From Escherichia phage CBA6, in the sequence record KM389297.1: 9,022 bases of DNA, one strand, 5' to 3'. How positions within the stretch are numbered: position 1 is the stretch's first letter; every line of letters begins with the position of its first letter. A model generated the notes under the pieces. That model had not been told where the DNA came from. It made no database searches and saw only the letters and a list, made by a program, of their open reading frames with translations. The translations under genes were made by a program, and so were the position numbers. This document shows positions 6,151 through 9,022 of the stretch, piece after piece.

Positions 6151-6438
6151 ATGAAGAAATATGTTCGTCTGAACACTGTACTTGAATCAGTTATAGAATA
6201 TTTCATAATGCAGCACCTCAGAGCAGAAAATGAACACGTGAGCGACGCTCTGACTTATGATCACCGGATAGTGGTTCATTCCGTCGAAATAGTGGATGAC
6301 GAATTGTTGATTGCCAATGTTGAGCATGCTCTCTGGGATGAAGTGTTAGATCAGTACGTTCAACCGAAGTTCACACAGATCGAGTTATCTGCCATGTGGC
6401 CACCTGAAACAGTTTTCAATATTGATATACAAAGTTAA
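6151..6438 (+). CDS. Hypothetical small acidic protein (95 aa)
   Basis: ATG 6151 preceded by AGGGGG (6141-6146), 17 nt after the upstream stop. About 19 Asp/Glu against about 6 Lys/Arg. Confidence 0.5.
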   Translation: MKKYVRLNTVLESVIEYFIMQHLRAENEHVSDALTYDHRIVVHSVEIVDDELLIANVEHALWDEVLDQYVQPKFTQIELSAMWPPETVFNIDIQS

Positions 6439-6516
6439 TATTCACGTCAGTCCGCGCTATTCCAGCGTTCCGTTGTCTAACACAGAAGTGTTAACCAACT
6501 TTTCAATAAAAAGTGG

Positions 6517-6544
6517 TTTACATCTTCTAAAAAGGCAGTATATT
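6517..6544 (+). promoter_or_regulatory. Sigma70-like promoter candidate (-35 TTTACA, 16-nt spacer, -10 TATATT) for the 6612 gene
   Basis: TTTACA at 6517-6522; TATATT at 6539-6544. Contains the same AAAAGGCAGTATA motif (6530-6542) seen upstream of gene 32. Lies in a 173-bp intergenic region. Confidence 0.4.
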
Positions 6545-6611
6545 AATGTTCCAGACGCACAATTGAACATTAAACTGCCAAAGAAGGTTACTACACAAAA
6601 GGGTTTTTATT

Positions 6612-7571
6612 ATGTCCTATATTCTTCATATCGAGTCCGGCCTGAAATTTGAAATTGATGGTAAAACCGCTGCTGATCTTCAAGCAGAAATCAAAGGTGC
6701 AGACCTTATCATCGGCAACGTCACGTTACGCCGTATGATGGAAGGCGTCCTCCAGTCAGCCAACGGCTTTGAACTCATTGAAGGTCTGAGCCAGGAAGAG
6801 AAAGAAGAGACTCTCGAAGCTCTTGACCGCGCTGAAGCCGAAAAAGTTAAACCGACCGAAGATGCGGGGGTTAAACAGGGCGACGGTGAATCAAATCCGG
6901 TGATTGACGCCGAAGAAACGGTTGGGCAACCTGTCGGTGATCAAAATTCCCAGACCGTCGAAGACGGTTCTCTTGAAGTCAACAAAGACGGCTCCATTTC
7001 CCTGGTAGTTGAAGGCGAAGAAGTTCTTGACGAAGAAGCGCAAGCCCGTGCTGAAGAAGTTCGCCGTCGTATGCTGGGCACAACCGTTGCTGAAGCAATC
7101 GCCGACGTTGAAAATCCGAAGGATGATCAGGCTTTAGCGAACGCGAAGGCGGTTCTGGCCAAGAAATCTTCTGAAATGCGTCCTGCGTCTTCTACTGAAG
7201 AACGCAAGCGTCGTCATAACAAACGTGAAGAAATGGTTGAAGCCGCTCGTGCTTCTAACTATGGTCCAATCCTGGCGGCGGTTGAAGCAGGGGTTACTCC
7301 TGAAGTATATTTGAGTTATGTGAACCCTGATATGCGCTGGTTCCAGTTCCCTGTCACTGAATTGGCAGACGAAGCCAATCCGCATGCCCGCACTAACACC
7401 TATGTTGATCTGGCGCCTATCGTTTCCGGCGGCTGGGGTTTCAGTCTGTATGTGAATGGTAAGTCATTCACCAAGCGTCAGAAAATCAAAGAAACTGACG
7501 CTGAATCTCTGGTAAAGGCTATCAACGAATGGCTACCTCAGGCGTTGGCCGAAGCGAAAGCTGCTGCGTAA
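6612..7571 (+). CDS. Hypothetical protein (319 aa) with acidic low-complexity central region
   Basis: ATG 6612 with GGG-rich SD 8 nt upstream. N-terminal region (about 60 aa), then an E/D-rich segment (EEKEETLEALDRAEAEKVK...EGEEVLDEEAQARAEE), then a C-terminal domain (SNYGPILAAVEAGVTPEVYLSY...GGWGFSLYVNGKSF). Followed by a strong terminator. No family recognised. Confidence 0.6.
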   Translation: MSYILHIESGLKFEIDGKTAADLQAEIKGADLIIGNVTLRRMMEGVLQSANGFELIEGLSQEEKEETLEALDRAEAEKVKPTEDAGVKQGDGESNPVIDAEETVGQPVGDQNSQTVEDGSLEVNKDGSISLVVEGEEVLDEEAQARAEEVRRRMLGTTVAEAIADVENPKDDQALANAKAVLAKKSSEMRPASSTEERKRRHNKREEMVEAARASNYGPILAAVEAGVTPEVYLSYVNPDMRWFQFPVTELADEANPHARTNTYVDLAPIVSGGWGFSLYVNGKSFTKRQKIKETDAESLVKAINEWLPQALAEAKAAA

Positions 7572-7599
7572 TTTAACTCAGAAGCATTCAATAGATGAA

Positions 7600-7633
7600 G
7601 GGGCTGCTATAATAGCAGCTCCTTTTGTTTATT
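7600..7633 (+). terminator. Rho-independent terminator
   Basis: GGGGCTGCT-ATAAT-AGCAGCTCC: 9-bp stem with one G-U pair, then TTTTGTTTATT. Starts 29 nt after the stop at 7571. Confidence 0.75.
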
Positions 7634-7643
7634 GGAGCACACC

Positions 7644-7718
7644 ATGTCGTATTCGCTCAAAGGGTTGTTGAAGCGCCCCGTACATCTGTTTGCTGTCGAA
7701 GGGGAATATCCGGCATGA
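7644..7718 (+). other. 24-codon mini-ORF with strong RBS, ending at a TGA that is in frame with the downstream kinase
   Basis: GGAG (7634-7637) with 6-nt spacer to ATG 7644; translates MSYSLKGLLKRPVHLFAVEGEYPA then TGA at 7716-7718. The kinase ORF begins 6 nt later in the same frame. Confidence 0.3.
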
Positions 7719-7724
7719 GGAGAG

Positions 7725-8294
7725 TTGTATTACGTTAAAGGCTCCAACGGTAGCGGCAAGTCCACTGTCCCTTCCTATCTGGCGGAGAATGATCCTCAGG
7801 CGTATGTCGTGACCTACAATGGCAAGATCATGCTCACAGTTTGCCCTTCCTATAACATTATCTGTATTGGTAAATATGACAAGTCTAAGTCTAAAGGTGT
7901 TGATTCCCTGAAAGATACCGAGCAGATGTTGTTCGCCTTGTCCATTGCTGATCAGCCGGAATATCTGAAATATGACGTGTTGTTTGAAGGAATCATCCCT
8001 TCAACTTTGCTCAGCTCATGGATTCCCCGCCTGACGCGCCCACCGCGCGAATTAGTCGTGCTCTTCATGGACACCCCGCTTGAAACCTGTGTTTCCCGTG
8101 TGAAATCACGCAACGGCGGCGCAGACTTCAATGAAAGCCTGGTTGTCGAAAAGTGGGAGAGAGTTCATGACCACCGCCAACGGCATAAAGGCTTGTTCCC
8201 TACCGTTCCCGCAGGTATGATGAAGTCCAATGGCCTGACTATAGAGCAGGCTGTTTTTGCGTTTCTCAATCGTGATTTTGGGAGTATTGATTGA
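7725..8294 (+). CDS. P-loop nucleotide/nucleoside kinase-like protein (189 aa); substrate unknown
   Basis: Walker A GSNGSGKST at residues 6-14 after the beta-strand-like LYYVK. The only start codon in frame after the TGA is TTG 7725; GAGG at 7717-7720 gives a 4-nt spacer. Stop TGA 8292-8294 overlaps the ATG of the next gene. Confidence 0.65.
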   Translation: MYYVKGSNGSGKSTVPSYLAENDPQAYVVTYNGKIMLTVCPSYNIICIGKYDKSKSKGVDSLKDTEQMLFALSIADQPEYLKYDVLFEGIIPSTLLSSWIPRLTRPPRELVVLFMDTPLETCVSRVKSRNGGADFNESLVVEKWERVHDHRQRHKGLFPTVPAGMMKSNGLTIEQAVFAFLNRDFGSID

Positions 8295-9022
8295 TGGAAA
8301 TTTTTGCTTTAAACAATAATGATATGCTGAAGAAGGCTGTGTTGGCCATCCGTGAACACGGCATTGAGTCAGATCCTGGCAACGCAGAGATTAACACTGA
8401 CGGCACTCGTTTCATTGATGGTGTAACAATTACAGTATCAGATCCACGTGACCGTTGGCTTTCCGTTGAAGGCCGCAACTCGTCGGCAATTGCTGCCATC
8501 GGTGAGACATTCTGGGTGTTGTCCGGACGTAATGATATCCGTTTCCTTTCGAAAGTCTTACCCCGCGCCGCCAACTTCTCTGATGACGGTGTAACCTGGC
8601 GAGGCGCGTATGGCCCACGTCTGTACAATAATGGCCAGTTGGATAGTGTCATCAGCCGTCTGCGTAATAATCCCAACACCCGTCAGGCGTATCTCACCAT
8701 CTATGATCCGGCGCTGGACTCAGATGAAGGTTTGGCCACCCATAGTGAAACTGGAGAAGCCAAGACCAAGGACATGATCTGTAATCTTGCTCTATTGTTC
8801 AGTATAACAGAAGGGCGATTGAATATCACTGTCATTAACCGCAGCCAAGATGTCTTGTGGGGCATGAGTTCAATCAATTTCATTGAATTCTCTATCCTGC
8901 AAGAAGTTCTGGCGAAAGTGCTGAATGTCGAAGTTGGGTATTACAAACTGTTTTCTAACAATCTTCATTATTACAACAATGAAGTTAGTCGGAAACAACT
9001 CGGGGGTATCACTAAGAAGACC
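8294..9022 (+). CDS. Thymidylate-synthase-family pyrimidine hydroxymethylase (T4 gp42-like), 3' end beyond window
   Basis: Not in the ORF track because no stop occurs before the window end; hand translation of frame 8294 gives 243 codons with no stop. NPNTRQAYLTIYDP, DMICNLALL, INRSQDVLWG and NNLHYY match T4 gp42 (NPDSRRGIMIYTRP, FMCTNT, NMRSNDVVFG, GSLHVY) and the TS fold. Lacks the PPCH motif of true TS and has the longer hydroxymethylase-type insertion before the catalytic Cys. Confidence 0.8.
   Translation, partial: MEIFALNNNDMLKKAVLAIREHGIESDPGNAEINTDGTRFIDGVTITVSDPRDRWLSVEGRNSSAIAAIGETFWVLSGRNDIRFLSKVLPRAANFSDDGVTWRGAYGPRLYNNGQLDSVISRLRNNPNTRQAYLTIYDPALDSDEGLATHSETGEAKTKDMICNLALLFSITEGRLNITVINRSQDVLWGMSSINFIEFSILQEVLAKVLNVEVGYYKLFSNNLHYYNNEVSRKQLGGITKKT

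Noticed and set aside
6422-6652. Plus-strand ORF 6422-6652 (76 aa)
   Set aside because: It spans the AT-rich intergenic promoter region, overlaps the start of the 6612 gene, has no SD and an atypical composition.
7134-7385. Minus-strand ORF 7134-7385
   Set aside because: Antisense within the 319-aa gene; Arg-rich translation typical of the reverse strand of an acidic gene.
8266-8883. Minus-strand ORFs 8266-8679, 8430-8618 and 8701-8883
   Set aside because: They lie antisense to the plus-strand frame 8294-9022, which shows clear thymidylate-synthase-family motifs and has no stop before the window end.
8294-9022. Canonical thymidylate synthase (td) as the identity of the TS-family gene
   Set aside because: The PPCH active-site motif and RxxxxWNP segment of true TS are absent, and the insertion before the catalytic Cys matches the gp42-type hydroxymethylase architecture.
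1-9022. CRISPR arrays, tRNA/rRNA genes, insertion sequences or integrase-flanked elements
   Set aside because: No direct-repeat/spacer periodicity, no cloverleaf-like conserved tRNA segments and no transposase- or integrase-like ORFs were seen; all sizeable ORFs fit a phage replication/structural context.

Overview
This window reads as a phage genome segment from a T4-related myovirus, not T4 itself: GC looks mid-40s% by eye (not computed) and gene order differs from T4. All calls come from reading the sequence and the supplied ORF track, with family assignments made by motif comparison from memory; no database search was run. The firm anchors are a gp32-type single-stranded DNA-binding protein (2571-3608, +), a P-loop kinase (7725-8294, +) and a thymidylate-synthase-family pyrimidine hydroxymethylase (8294-9022, +, runs off the window). 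A single late-type gene (tail tube/baseplate gp54-like, 3636-4580, -) sits convergent to gene 32, preceded by an exact TATAAATA late-promoter motif and sharing a bidirectional terminator with gene 32. Upstream of gene 32 is a tightly overlapping run of small genes including a RuvC-like nuclease, a two-helix membrane protein and an FmdB-type zinc ribbon. Between the late gene and the kinase lie four genes of unknown function (4635-7571), three of them acidic. The most interesting candidates are the overlapping kinase/hydroxymethylase pair (possible nucleotide or DNA base-modification module), the in-frame TGA separating a strong-RBS mini-ORF from the kinase, and the uncharacterised acidic gene block. 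No tRNA, rRNA, CRISPR array or recognisable mobile element was seen.
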